In this document: one piece after another, positions 37,201 through 51,600 of the stretch
Layout of the letters: each line of letters opens with the position of its first letter
Position numbering within the stretch: position 1 is the first letter of the stretch
Virus record (IMG/VR): IMGVR_UViG_3300029928_000006
Location: 1 to 64,000 of that record
Strand: one strand, 5' to 3'
From: a virus
Lineage: Duplodnaviria; Caudoviricetes
DNA: 64,000 nt
Position numbers and translations under genes: made by a program
The notes under the pieces: model-generated
What the model was told of the DNA's origin: nothing
Database searches by the model: none
What the model saw: only the letters and a program-made list of their open reading frames with translations

Positions 37201-38829
37201 GGCACATCTTCATTTTTAACATCTTCTGATGGGACTTGTTTCAGTGACTTACATTATGAATCCAGTTAGAATGATCCTGTTACACAAATGATAATACGTC
37301 CAAGTTTATTGGGTACGTATTTAACTAACCTTAGGCAGTAGGTATCCCCATATGGTGGTGCAGCGTTTATCAATAGACTGACAAATGTATACTACGGTGA
37401 TGGAGATTACTTTAAGTCAGCAGGTGATTGGTGTACTGTATTTAATGGTGATTGCCATGTAGAGACGTTTGAATATACATCAATGCATAAAATATACGGT
37501 GCTTACACACAGGACTCAAAAGATAATTTACAGTTCCCTGGCACACATATGATAACATATTCGATTCCAACAGAATCTAATATATGGGATAAGTTCCAGT
37601 ATGGGTGGCAGTTCAGTGTTAACGCAAAAGATAATTATGCTTCATTTATACAGTCAGAACCTTGCCAGATAACAGAAGCGTATGTACAAGAGGATCCTCA
37701 GTATGTATACAATTCTGTGTATAGTGTTCAAAACACAAGCACTCCATTGTCTATATATGATGACTTAAATAGCGAGGATTACAATAAAACTGTAGATACC
37801 AGGGTTTATTATTCTGACCTAAAACAGAATGATGAAGTCATAGATAGTTGGGCAAGATTTAAAAGTTCTAACTTCATAGACGTAGATCAACAGTACGGTC
37901 CAATTACTGATATATTTACATTTAAGAACCAGCTTTTATTCTTCTAGGAGAATGCTGTTGGAGTACTGAGTGTAAATGATAGAAGTGTAACTACTGATAA
38001 CTCTGGGCAGGATATAGTACTTGGTTCAGGCGGTGTTCTTTCTAGGTATGATTACTACAGTAATACGTATGGAATGCACAAACAGCAATTCTGCGTAACA
38101 TCTACAACTGGAGGTCTGTATTGGTTTGATAGTCACAATAATACTATTTGTACATTTGATGGACAGCGTGTAATACAGTTATCAAAGCAAGGGAAGGTAT
38201 AGATGCTTCTAAACAAGTATAAGAAAGACGATAGCTTCCATATATACTATGATAATAGATACAACGAAATAGTGTTCGATGTGCTTTCCGATAACATGCA
38301 AATAAGCTTTAGTGAAATGATTGGCAAATTTACATCGTTATATACTCTTCCTTTTGAAGGATGTGCTTAGTTTATGAATGGTGGGTACTTAATCAACACT
38401 AACGATATGATAGATGTATTCCAATACGATTGTGTACAAGATAGACCAATATCTACAACAGGACAATACTTATCAAGCTATTTAAAATACGTTGTAAACC
38501 AATAGCCATTAATAACAAAGGTATTTGATAATCAGTAGATTGTTACAGCTGATGATTTGTAGGATAAGCCAATATACGATACAGACGACTACTTCTCTAA
38601 AAATCATAGTTATACGTGGGCTACTCCATTAATATCATCAGAGAGTACATTAAGTGGGCAAATAACACTACGAGAGAATAATCATAAATTTGCGATACCT
38701 AGAAGCGGAGGATTATTTGGAGGAAGAATAAGAGGTAATTATATGACTTGCGAAATATCTAACGATAGTCCAAATCCCGTAACGTCGGTATAGTATATTA
38801 TAACCAAATATAGATAGTCATGGAGTTAA
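34201..38829 (+). CDS. Tail muzzle / stabilisation protein (P22 gp10-like; 1,542 aa)
   Basis: NSFAGGLNSD start, SLRRNEIYRYGIVLYDKYGQASPAKWIADIRTP, DSWARFKSSNFIDVDQQYGPI and GRIRGNY; one frame interrupted only by TAG. Confidence 0.85.
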
Positions 38830-39569
38830 AACAAAGAAAAAGAATAAATAACCTGCCTAAATATAATACTGGTATGGATTTAGCTGGCTCTGTAAAAAAT
38901 ATAGGCGGCGACATTACTGGGTTTAAAACTTAGATAACATCTCTCCCGACAAAGCAACAGCTAGCTAATATGAAGCTACCTGGATAGTCTGGGTCTACTG
39001 GTGCAAAGAACATATCAAACAGAGTATCATAGGGTACTATTACATCTGCAGTTAATGGAACTATCGGTGTCATAAACGGTTATAATGCTATGCAAGACTC
39101 CGTTAAGAATAGTGGTGAACTTATGGCTTAGTCTGGACAAAGAACAGATTAGGCTTTTGGCGTTAATTATCAAGCCTATAATGATATTGACGAATCTAAT
39201 GCAATGGATGACATAAGTAGTTCAGTTAGAAACAACACATTATCTATGGTTGGTGCAGGAGCTGGAGCAGGAGCCGCAGTTGGTTCTGTATTTCCTGGAG
39301 CAGGTACTCTTATAGGAGGTGCAGTTGGCGCTGTAGCAGGTTTATTTGGTGGGTTGTTCGGAGGTAAGAAAGCAAGAGAAAGACAGCGTAAGAAGATATT
39401 TAACGCACAGCAGAACGTAAACCTTATAAACTAGGTCAATAGGTCATCTGGAGCAACATAGGGCCTTACACAACAATATTATCTCGATAATGGCAATACA
39501 TACGATGATGTATTATATGCTAACAGAGGAAAAGATTTAAGAGCAAGAAGATATGTTAAAAGAAAATAA
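38820..39569 (+). CDS. Cargo/ejection protein with a glycine-zipper membrane segment (249 aa)
   Basis: GAGAGAGAAVGSVFPGAGTLIGGAVGAVAGLFGG; first gene after the muzzle. Confidence 0.7.
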
Positions 39570-41244
39570 AGTATGGACGCCTAACGGTTATCAGGTCGGT
39601 CCAACAAATAGTCTAGTTGGAAAAGGAGAATCAATTATAGACTATACAAATGGTACAGGAACTCTTGTAACAAAAGGGAAAGTTGGCGTTGATAATTAGC
39701 CAAGCTCTGTTAGAAGAGATGATAGTAATGTTATAGCTGGTAATGATACAGATTGGAGCAATGGTAGAAAGTTCTCAGAACAAGTTGCCCCATTAACAGC
39801 TTAGCTTTAGAAATACAATAAGATAGAAAATGATATGGGAAAGAGTGCTAAACTCAGCTCTTTATCAAAACAAACGGTAGAGCTTCAGAGAAGCCAATTA
39901 GAGCGTGCTAAAGCCCCTATTTTGCAAGCCATGAAGAATATTACCGATAGGCAAGAGAAATAGCATTAGATCGAAGATTACGCGGCTTAGTACAAGGCAA
40001 ATTGTGGCAAAGATAGATTTGATGGGGGTAAGAGTTTTTGGAGGTCATATACAACTGGAGGTAAGGGTAAAGTATCTAACCTCATGCTTGATGCTGGATA
40101 TATGTTACCAGCTATGTTGGAAACGTCTATGCTTAACCATTGGCGTAGGGAAAATCCTGTAATGCCAAATATTTATGCAGCGAATAGATACGCCCCTATT
40201 GCATTACAAACTATGGCTAGCAATAGAATGTCTGCTAACCCTATACTTGAGAATTTGTATGCACAGGATAGATAGGCTGCGTATAACTTAGCAAATGCCG
40301 GAGGTTACACAGGAGGACAGAGACAGGCTAATAGAACAGCTTTAGCATTAGGTAACCAAAGAGCAATAGCTAATGCCCTTATGGGTGTGCAGGAAAAGAA
40401 TATAGGCTACAGGAATGCGTATGCTGAAATGGCTGCTAGACTGGGGGATAGTGAAGCTAGTAGATTACAGCAAGCTAATCAATATGGTTGGGAAGCTTAT
40501 AATAGAGCTCATGGAGCTAAGACTAAAGGTATTGAAACCCACTTAGCTAACCTCGGTCTTATTGGTCAGAAATGGTTATCTCAACGTATTAAGAATAAAC
40601 AGTACGGAGATATTCTTGATATATATCAACAAGATGTAGATAATAAGAACGCTGCATTAAAGGCTTTATATGGGGGTAACGCAACGCCTACTAATATAAG
40701 CAATACTAAGAATACAGGGCTCCCTACCACTACAAACAAATACAATATACTTAATCAATATTTTACCCCGGATGGATTTGGTGGTTAGAAATTTTCGATA
40801 ATTAATCCATATACTTACCCAAGTAGCACTCCAACAAATCAAAGAATTGGTAAATACGGAACAGCGCCTGATCTTCTCCCAACTAAGGCTAGTGCAGATA
40901 GACGTAGACTGGCTGTTGTACCAAATATATTTAATAATCCAACTATGACTTCTGCAGAAATGGGGCAGAACCCTTCAAGAATGATGTTTAATTCTAATTT
41001 TTGGGTTCCTACTACAAATTATGATCCGAATGGCATTGTACTATATAATACGCAAAAGGAATTAGATGAGGCTAATGCTATAAATAATGAATTGATAAAT
41101 GCGACGTATGCGGACTATATGCCTGGAGGGCGGTTCTATAATCAAGGAGCATCAGGTGTATTGTTTAATAATAACGATGATAGACTTCCTGGTTTTATTA
41201 TGAATAAACGTAATAGGAAATACATTTATACTGGAGGGGAATAA
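39553..41244 (+). CDS. Cargo/ejection protein (563 aa)
   Basis: One frame joining track ORFs 40084, 40381 and 40945; Gln/Ala-rich coiled coil; ends at TAA. Confidence 0.7.
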
Positions 41245-41246
41245 CA

Positions 41247-42617
41247 ATGATAGGAATGTACGATGAGCCAGTAGCAGTCCCAATTATAGACCTACTGGAT
41301 AGCAGCATGATGTCATAGTACATAAGTGCTGCAAGAGAACAATATAATCAGGCTATATAGGAATAGAAAGAATTTGCTAAAGAGTTTGGAGATCTATATA
41401 GCCCAAGCGCTAGTCTAAATAAAGCTTATTATGATTAGACTAAGGGAAGAATTAATGCAGGCCTTAATTACCTCTACTAGAATGGTATAGACCCACTTAG
41501 ATCCGCAGAAGGGAGAGCCTATATAGCTAAGATTGTAAGGGAAACCCCATATGCTCAATTAGCTAATTGGAAGTCTGATGCAGAAAATATGAGGACATAT
41601 AACAAAGCTGCTGCGGCTTTAATGGCTGAAGGAAAATATGATAAAGACTATGCCAATTGGATGCTTGAACAACAAGGACTTGCACCGATGGAGAAGTTTG
41701 ATCCATATAGTGATAGAAGGTGGACAGCTCTCAGCCCAGCTTAGTATGAAACCTTAGACCAGTTTACAAAGCCTTATGGTGATGCTATTAAACCAGGGTT
41801 ACTTAATAAAGAAGCAGTAGAAGGATTAGGACAACAGTATGACCCTAAGAACGATTACCTTGGTATATCGTACCAATAGATTGATAAAGCAGCTAATAGT
41901 GCAGCATAGGCCCTTAAAGCTACTCCACAAGGTAAGTTTGAGGTAGAACGTATTAAGAGGCAAATGGTAGCCGAAGGATTAAACCCAACTGAAGCAGACG
42001 CAGATAAAATATTTGCAAGTAGAATCGCACAATCGTTTAGACCTAAAGCTGGTATATAGACGATGGATGCAAACAAATATGCTTATGCTGATTACGCAAA
42101 TCAACTTGCTAATGAACTTGATGCTAAGAAGTCGGCAAGGGATTTAGCAAATCAAAAAGCAATGCTTAAAGAACAGTATAAATATGGAGCTGCCGGAGGA
42201 AAGGGCTCTAGTAAGCTCTCAATATTTGATATAGCTAGAGCATACCCGAAAACATCAGCAGGGCTTAATGTAAATTCTGATTTATCAGCGGATGGTGTTG
42301 CTTTGGATAAAAATGTTAAGGTTACAAAATATCCTTCGGTGAAAGGCAGTTCTAATTATACTTAGCTAGATTTTAATACCGGTGATGTTCCTACTTTCTA
42401 TTAGAAGAAGAATAGTGACAAAATGGTTTATCTTAGTAACGCAAAACCTAAACAAATAACTGCAAAAATGCTTGGAGGCTTACAGTATGTTCCAGAATAT
42501 GGGAGATATATGATAAAGTGCCAGATATTAAAAATTGGAGGTGTTAAAAAGGCTCCTCAAAAAGGCAAAGTAAACGAAGTATGGATTGAAGCTACAGAAA
42601 CTGTTAAACATAAATAA
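41247..42617 (+). CDS. Putative cargo protein (456 aa)
   Basis: ATG41247 is open through TAGs to TAA 42615-42617; position in the ejection-protein cluster. Confidence 0.65.
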
Positions 42618-42619
42618 TT

Positions 42620-45600
42620 ATGGCAAATAATTTACAATATATTTTAAGACCAGACTCTAGTACACCATAGTCTAGAGCTAACGCAGCGTTTAGAAAACTA
42701 TCTTCAGATTTTAGGTCTGGGTTAAATAGAATTGCGCAGAGACGTTAGCCACAAAAGCCAAATTATATATCTAGAAGGTCTGGGTCTAGATTAGAAATGG
42801 ACAGAATGCCTCACGGTAGTTGGTATAAGCCAACTGCAAGGACTAGAGAAATTGAGGAGGATGCTGCTGCACAGTACGATTGGGATAGCAAGATAAATAA
42901 AATGTATCAAGATCGTACTGCTTAGAGAGAGCGTGAACTGCAGGAAGAACGAGATGCCGAGCTTAAAGCAGAAGAAGAAAAGCGTAAATAGGAACAAGAA
43001 GCGGAAGAAAGAGCTGAACAAGAAGTAGACAATTACAATAAGCAAGTTGATGATAAGTTTGAATATACATTTGGTATTCTTAACAAATTGCCATATACTG
43101 GACAGGTTTTAAAATTCGCAAAACTTTTATATAAAGCTTCAGACGCATTAGGCTTATTGTCAAAGAATTCTAGCGATGGTGGTATCACTGAGTCTCAAGG
43201 TAGAATAGCTTTAGCTAAAACAAATAAAGAGCTAGCAGACGCATACCAATATACTACAGAAATAAAGACATTAAGAGCGTACGAGGAGCAAGATTTCGTA
43301 GATGGAACAGTAGACTATAATAAGCTGTATAAGACTATAGTTGACAAGTATAACAACTATAAGAAATTAGGATATACTGAACATGATATAGCTGAAATGG
43401 CTAGAGCTTACGAAAACAAGTTCAAAACTCCTAATAACACTCCATTAGCAAAAGAAAGATAGGCTCTTGAAAAGAAACTTGGTGCAATAACAGATTTCGA
43501 TTACACGAAAACATTGTCTCAGAAAGAGCAAGAGATAAATGGATATAAAAAAGACCAAGATGACGAAATAAAAGATGAGACCGAAAGCTTGTATGGCGAG
43601 AATAAATTCTTTGGCTTAATCCCTAATAAGGTGCGTAGAAAACAATTCTGGTCTACAGTTTGGAATGTCAGTGATGAAGCAAAGAAACTATCTGCCGTAT
43701 CTGGTGATTTATCATGGAAAGACCCAGATTATTATTTATGGAGTCAGCTTCCACAGTTTGGGTATTCTGTATCATCTGGAGCCGGTATTGTTGGAAGTGC
43801 TTTAGAGGGAGCGGCTGTTGCGGCTGGAGCTGTTGGTTCAGCTGTAGGATCCCCAGCTGCTGGTATTGCTGCTTATACTGCTCTTAATACACTTGCAGCA
43901 CCATTTAATTATCAAGGTGGACTAGGAGAAAACTATCAGGAAATAGCTTCCAAATGGGGCGATAATATACAAGAGAACCTGCAGATCTAGTTTAAAGGCA
44001 AGGATTTATCTAAAGTTCCATCTATTGTAGCTTTACAAAAACAAGCTATAGCAAAGGCTAAGGCTAGTGGTTTATCTGACAAAGAAGCAAGGGAGTTCTA
44101 CGATATCAACAATAACATTGGCCTTGGAAATGTCTTACAAATGTTTGGATCTGGACAGATTACAAGTAATGACATTAGACTTAATAAAGCTAAAGTCGGT
44201 ACTTCGAAAGGTCTCTTGCAACAGTTTAGAGCTGACAATGTAAGAACCATGAGTAGTACAGCTATACAATATATGATCTCAAGCGTAGATTTAACTAAGA
44301 GCGCCGGTAAGGTTGTTAGTAAAGCTTTCAGTGGTGTTGGTAAATCTGCTGTAGCTAGGAAGATCGCTAATACAGGAGCTGGAAAAATTGTATCAGAAGT
44401 AGGAAAATCTGCTACTAGGTTTGCTAAAGATGTTAAAAAATATCAAAATTCATTCGTTGGTAACGCTGTAGACAAAGGTGCTCAATATGGGCAGGATGTA
44501 GCTGATGTTATCGGTGCTGGTGTACTCGGAAGAGGAGTCGGAAGAGTAATTGGAGCTGTAGCAGGTGGTACTGCAAAAGCTGCGAAAGATGCCGTACTAG
44601 ATGTTATGCCCGAAAAAGCCAAAGAGGGGATATCTGCATTTGCTGAAGCGGCTTTTAATAAATTTGCAGCCTTAGGTAAATTTGTAGGAGCCGATAAAGT
44701 TAAAAAAGCAGCTTTAAAGTGGGCTGTAAGGAATCCAGTTTCCGCTGATGTTATAAAGCAAATAGCTACAAAATATGGCTATAAGAACGTTAAGGCTAAT
44801 CTTGTAGATAAGCTTTCGGAAGCAAATGAAGAGTTAGCACAGTACATAAATAGTAAAAGAGACTTTGCTAAAACCTATGGTTATGGTACAGGCGATCTTT
44901 CAGATATTGTATGGGATGACTTTATGCTTGGTGGACAAATAGCTAGGTTTTATTCCGCAGCAGCAGGTATAGGTAACTCTGAATTGTATGATGATGCTGA
45001 AGCTGTAAACAACTGGAAAGGCGGATTCTTTATGGGAGGTATGAACCCAGTTGGAGCAGCTAACTTACTATTCTCCTACAATAAAATCAAAGCTCAGACA
45101 ACCACTAATGCAGCTATACTTGGTAGCACTATAGCCAATAGGGAGGCAGATAATAAGAGTAGAGCTAATAATCAGGTTCTTGTAGACATGGTGTCAAAAG
45201 GCCATTATGAGGAGTCTATGAATACTCTTGATGACTTACAAGCTAGGGATAAGAGAAGAAGTGATCGTAGTCAAAGATTAGGTAGCGATATCTTCTGGGA
45301 AAGAAAGAAGGAGAATCTAAACTTAATCTATAGACTGGTTAATGATAAAGTATTAAACAATCAGCTTGAAGCGCAGGGTATATACAAAGATACTCATGAG
45401 TATAATATAGCCGTTGCCGATAGAGCTAACCTCTTGCAACAAAGATTAGAAAACCAGCAGGAAAGATCTGAAAGAAATACTTCATTGCACGCTTTGTATG
45501 CACAGAAGATGTATCAAGACCAAACTAATCACATGGAAGAGGAGCTATCTTCAAGAAATATGGTTGGTGATGCTATACAGGCAGCAGAAGCGAAACAGCA

Positions 45601-48600
45601 GAAGATAGATGACTATGTTAATAGTAAGACAAAAGAGGGTGACTCATAGGAAGTTATAGATTCTTACAGAAGGGAAGCAGAAGATAAGTATAAAGACTTT
45701 ACTAAATAGTATTAGAGCGATTTAAAATCGACAAGACGTAGTAATATTCTGTCGTTTAGTTAGTCTGTAAATAGGCTACATGCATTACTCGACCTAAAAG
45801 CTTAGATGAGCACCCTTGATGATTGGTTTACATTCACTAAGGATAAGTTAGGTATATAGACACCTAGACCAGATGCTAAATTTTTAGCTCAGAATATAGA
45901 CAAATAGATAGCTGATATAAAAACGTAGATAAGTAAAGCAGATAAAGACTTTAAGGCTGACTCAAATGACGCTGAGGCTCTAGCATATGTGAATAACGCT
46001 ACAGATGCGATAGGGTATGGAGATAGCCAAATTATCAACGAAGAGAAATATCAAGCTATTTATAATGCCAACGACCAGCTTATACAAAGACAATTATCAG
46101 CAATGACGGATGGAGTTATTGAGGATAATGGTAGATATGTATACAATCCTGATGAATTTAGATACAGGAGAAAACAGTAGGCATTAAAGCTTTCACTTGG
46201 TGATAAATATCAAGAAAAAGAACATGAAGTAGCTAGCCCGAAAGATCCAAAGGACTCTTATTTAAGGAAGAGAGTTAGTAAGATAGCTGAAGCTCAGGAT
46301 AACAACTCTGCGCTAGAATGGATGCTCGCAGATATTGGTTCTGGTGACGCTGTAACAAATCTTAATGATGAGGTATTTGCACAGCAAGAAAAAGAAAATA
46401 AGGAAGACTTCGATCAAATAGACAAAGAGTATAAAGCTGCTATGAGCGTTAATGATAATGCCACTCAGCTTACTAATACTAAACAACAAGATAATCCATA
46501 GGAAAGAGAAGAGCTTAAAAAAGAATTAAGCGAAAACGAAAAAGAGTATCAGCGTAAGAAATAGAAGACGAGAGAGCATTATAGGAAAAAGCGTAGGGCT
46601 CGTAGAAATAAGATGAGAGCCTCATTCTTACTTGGCTTTGATGAACTTGCTGTACAGGCATTTAATGGCCTTATAGAGAATGCTAAAGTTGGTTTTTACA
46701 AATTTGAGCAGTTCTACAATGACATTAATGAAATAATGCAGCAAGAAGGTGAGCAAAGTGGACCAAGACTTTTAGCTATTGCCAAAGCTATGTATATTCG
46801 TCATTATTTGACATCTACGAAAGCTGAAAAAGCTAATATGAATAGACCTATTGATGTACAGTCTTTCGGAGCGCAGGTAGCTACGCACACATCTTAGGAT
46901 ATAATGTTTAATGGGTACAGGGATGCCCTTAAACAACAGCAGGATAGAACGTTGGTTAGTAGTTTCCACGCTTCTATTGCATACGATGAGTATGGTAAAC
47001 TACATGTATTCATTAATCCTCGTGAAATAGACAGGCTTAAGGAAGAACTACATTATAACAATATACGAGAAAGCATAATAGGGAAATCAAAAGATGATAT
47101 TATATCGTACCTTTTAAACAACGCTGATAGATTTAACAATATAGACTTTACTAATATTGTAAACGAAATATTTAAACAGGATAACACTGATGAGCTATTA
47201 CAAGGTCTTACATATTATTTGACATCAATAGATTCTAACGTATCTAGATCCCAATCTTTGTATGATTCGGATGCTATTAGACAAGCCGTTCAGGAAATTA
47301 TGTTAGGAAAAGATTCTACTGAATCTATAGATAATTTTAATGGACTGAGAGGATTACCTGAGACAGTATAGTACATACAATCCATTAGGGACAGAATGCT
47401 TAATAACGGAGAGTATAAAGTGCTTGACACAGATATTCCTGTATATGGGTTCGATGAAAACGGGAATGGTATCCAATCACAAGCTGATGTTGTTTTAGTT
47501 AGCAACGATGGTCAAATAATAATCATTGACGTAAGGAATTCATATGTGCCGAATATGGAGCAAAGGATGAAATCTGGAGTGTTTGCGTATCGTTCTGATA
47601 AGACTATGATGCAGCAAGAACAGGAGCATATGAAGGATATTAACGTCGCATTATACGACCTATTTGGTTCTAATGTGATTGGAACATATGTATTCCCATT
47701 TGTTGTAGATAGACGTAATAATTACATAAAAGCTGATCGAATATTCAGTATTGATTAGATCGACTTTAGTAAACCAGTTACACCTTATTACAACAAATCT
47801 AACGAAGATATTTCTAACGAAGTAGTTAAGCCATTACAAGATAAGGTAAACGAGGTAACTGAAGAATTAAACTCTGTATTATAGCAGATAAATGACATCA
47901 CTGGCGAAAGCAATGAAACATAGTCTTATGATATATTCAAAGAAGGCTCAAATAAGGCAGAATTATTGCTTCAGATGAGAGATCTTTACACAGCCTTAGA
48001 AGATGTCCAGGCGCAAAAAGAAAGTGCCTCAGAACGCTTAGAATAGCTTAAAACAAAGAAGGTATACACTGATACATCTGTAGAGGAGTATCCTGAGGAT
48101 TACTTTATACATGATGAGCCAGATCAAGATTACGAAGCAGGGCTTGCTTAGGTTTATGAAACATGTAAGAAACTAGATACTTTGCTTAGCTAGATGACAG
48201 ATTTAAGAGTCACCACAGCTGATGAAAGAGCTAGAATAAATGAGCTTATATATGCCGTATATGACGCGCAGACTGCAATAGATTAGTTCTACGGCAATGA
48301 ATAGTTCGATACTAATAAAGTTATATCTGAACAGAAATTAATAGCTGCAGCGATAAATAAATTAGTTTCTAATAGCCTTATATACGGAGATGCTGCTAGC
48401 AAGGCTACACAGTGGTGGTCTACATAGTTTGCTTCTAATGTAGGTAATGCTGCGTATACATATTTCAACAAGATTAAATCATATCTAAACACATTTGATA
48501 ATGAGTTTATGAATAGCCTTGTTGGTAATAGGGATTTATAGAGGTTCTGGTCAGGCATATTCAATAATCAGTTCGCTTTTATAGTTAATGCTGCAGATAA

Positions 48601-51600
48601 CGTTAAGACTGGTAATAGTACATTAGATGCTACACTGCAAGATACTGTATATGATGCTAGGGATTTTATTCAACAGTTTAATAATAGATTCCCTGTAGAT
48701 CCAAATGAGACAGAGACGTTTGATCCAAATAGCGTAGAAAGTATAAATAACATCGACGATCAATGGAGGGAGCTATACAGTGATACAACTAAGCACTTCC
48801 CTGCATTTAGAGCTATGTTAGACCCTCATTATTTCTCTATAGCCCTAGATCCTAATCTTATATATCCTGGGGAAAATGGTAAGGTTGGATCAGCTGAGTT
48901 AGTACTTAGAGGTGATGATGTATAGCTTAAGGTTACAGATTCAAAGGGTAGAGCTATTTATATGACTTTTGACCAAGGCAATGACCAAGGACCAAAAGGA
49001 ATCGACCCTAAGTATTTTAACAGAAAGAAAGCTGCAGACGCTAGATTTGTGCAGAAAGTTAAATACATGTTACAATACATGAAAGCACATCCTGGCTATC
49101 ATATAAACCTCACGTTAAGTAGATCTAAAGGATCTATAGAAAATGGTAAAACTCTACAGCCTGTTACAAAGTTTTTATTTGCTGGTACACTGAACCAACA
49201 TGACTTGTATAACATTACGTGTGATAAGAAGAATCGTATTGGATTCCTTAAGGCTACGTTAAATGTAAATACCGGAGATGTAACAAAGATGGTGTTTGGT
49301 GGACCTAAACTCAATAATCCAATCAGCGGCTTTGATTTGGAGTATGTAAAGAGAACCTCTGTAACACAGTCTGGTAACATGGTATACTTCTACGATACTG
49401 GGGAAATAGAGAAGACTGTACAAAGTAGATCAATAGGTGTACCATTGGTGTCACCTAAGTTCACAGCCGGCGTTGGAGGACAAGCTAATAAAATAGCCGA
49501 TCTAATATGGTACAGGGTTAATCAAGGTCAAACGATGTATCAAGGATATTCTATAGAGGACTTACTTAAATAGGTGCTTTACATTAAAGATGATAATAAA
49601 GTACTTGATGAAAAATTCAACTCTATAGAAGGTATGGTTACTCTTGATCCTGCAAATAAGCAAGTGTTTATAGGTAACTTAGCATATCCTTTAAACAATC
49701 CTTAGGACTATACCGCTTTGTATAATGCTTTATGTGATATGTATATTACAAAAGATTCGGGGTTTGTACAGTAGAATATGTCAGACTACATACAAAGTAG
49801 CAATAATTCTGTGTTAAGCGAACTTAAGAGTAGGTTTACTTACGACTCATCATTATAGAAAGTAGATCTCCCAAATGGACTTACATTTGAAAGAGAAGAC
49901 TTTATGCATGATAATGGTAGAGGTACAACAGGTCTTGGGTATTTGCTTAGGAATGGGTATTTGGTGTCTGCTGCAGCAAAGTTAAACCCACCTGTTATAT
50001 ACGTGGATGATGTACAACTTGTGCAAGATTCTCCAAAAACAGATTCTACTACGGTATCTAAAGTTGTGGCTAAGCAAACTATTGAGCAGGAGCAGAAAAA
50101 GGCTCAAGATAGCTTCTTTGATCTTTTCCATCATGAAACTAGCGAAGAAGAGTTCGAACAAGTTAAAAGAACTGAAAGTCCATCGTTTGCTGATGCTGTG
50201 ACAACTTGGGTACAGAAAACTGTAGGTATTACCCCAGAATGGGTTAAGAAAGAAAAGCTTGACACTGCGCCATTTAAATCTGGTAACGTTGTTCTTGCTG
50301 AATGTTTGGCAAATGGTATTAGGCTATCTAATTCTGTTCCATACACAATTGGTTTCCATGAAGCCTTCCATAGAGCATTGGAGTTACTTGTAGACGACTC
50401 TACAAGGCAAGCTATGTACGATGCGTATGTGAAACATAATGGAGCTTTAACTGAAAGAGAAGTAGCCGAAGGTCTTGCTGACTTATTTACCGATTATATG
50501 ATGGGTACAAAAGATGCTAGGTAGATTGGCAAACAGGGATGGATTAAGACTACATTGAAGAAGTTTGCTACAAGATTGTGTATGATGCTGAAATATCGAG
50601 GAGACTATAGCACTATTGCAAAAATGTTCGAAATGACTAGGTCTGGTAGCCTCAAAGATAACAAGGTAATGAAGTCTGCAATCGATAGATACCAGTAGAA
50701 GTTTGGTGGTAACTTACACTATGAAATCAATGGTAAGCAGTTTAACACAATAGCTACAGCGTCTGATAAAGAGCATATGGCTAGAGCACTTGCTTACATT
50801 ATAGTTAATTCGGCAAAAGATGCATCAGCTATATATGACGCTGTTAATCAAAGCTCAGAGTTACCTATTAAGTATATACCAATAAAAGTTATAAACTATC
50901 TTTCTGGGGAGCCTGGATATACCAAGCCGATCCTTAATGCAGAGTATATGACCACAAATGGTATTACTTAGGCCCAACAGGCGTTTAGGGAGGTATTTTA
51001 CGCTACTCTTGATGATAACGGTAAATTAGTATTCCCTAATTTCAGCGCTATATCTAAAGAGGTATAGAAGTACCTTACAGAGATAATGGACGCTTATGAT
51101 GGTAAATATCAACATGATGAGGATATAGAAGACAATGACGTAGTTGAAAACGATTATGGTAAATCCATAGAAAGATATGATAGGTAGTCGTTCGAATTTA
51201 ATAAGCTTGATTCTGTAAGTAAGCCAGTTAAATTTTTCTTTGCTACCATTCCTTATTATAGGTTTGATAATAACGGTAATCTAACATTAGATCTCACTAA
51301 GAATAAATACGGCGTTCCGACATTTATGCCTATACAGCAAGTCTATAATGTACTTGTAAGTAAGCTAAACGACGTTAAGAACCCGGAGGATTTGATGAAG
51401 AGGTTACAACGTTTATCTACACAATCGCCAATGTATAAAGCTATATTTGATAAATTTGAGCGTTTGTATAACTCTGTATATAAATACGATTCTGAAGGAG
51501 AGCTTAGAAGCGTCGACTATGATAAAGAATCTGTTATGGTATAGATATTTAGCGCAATCAAAGGTCATGAGCATAACTTTATTATAGGTAGGTCGTTTAG

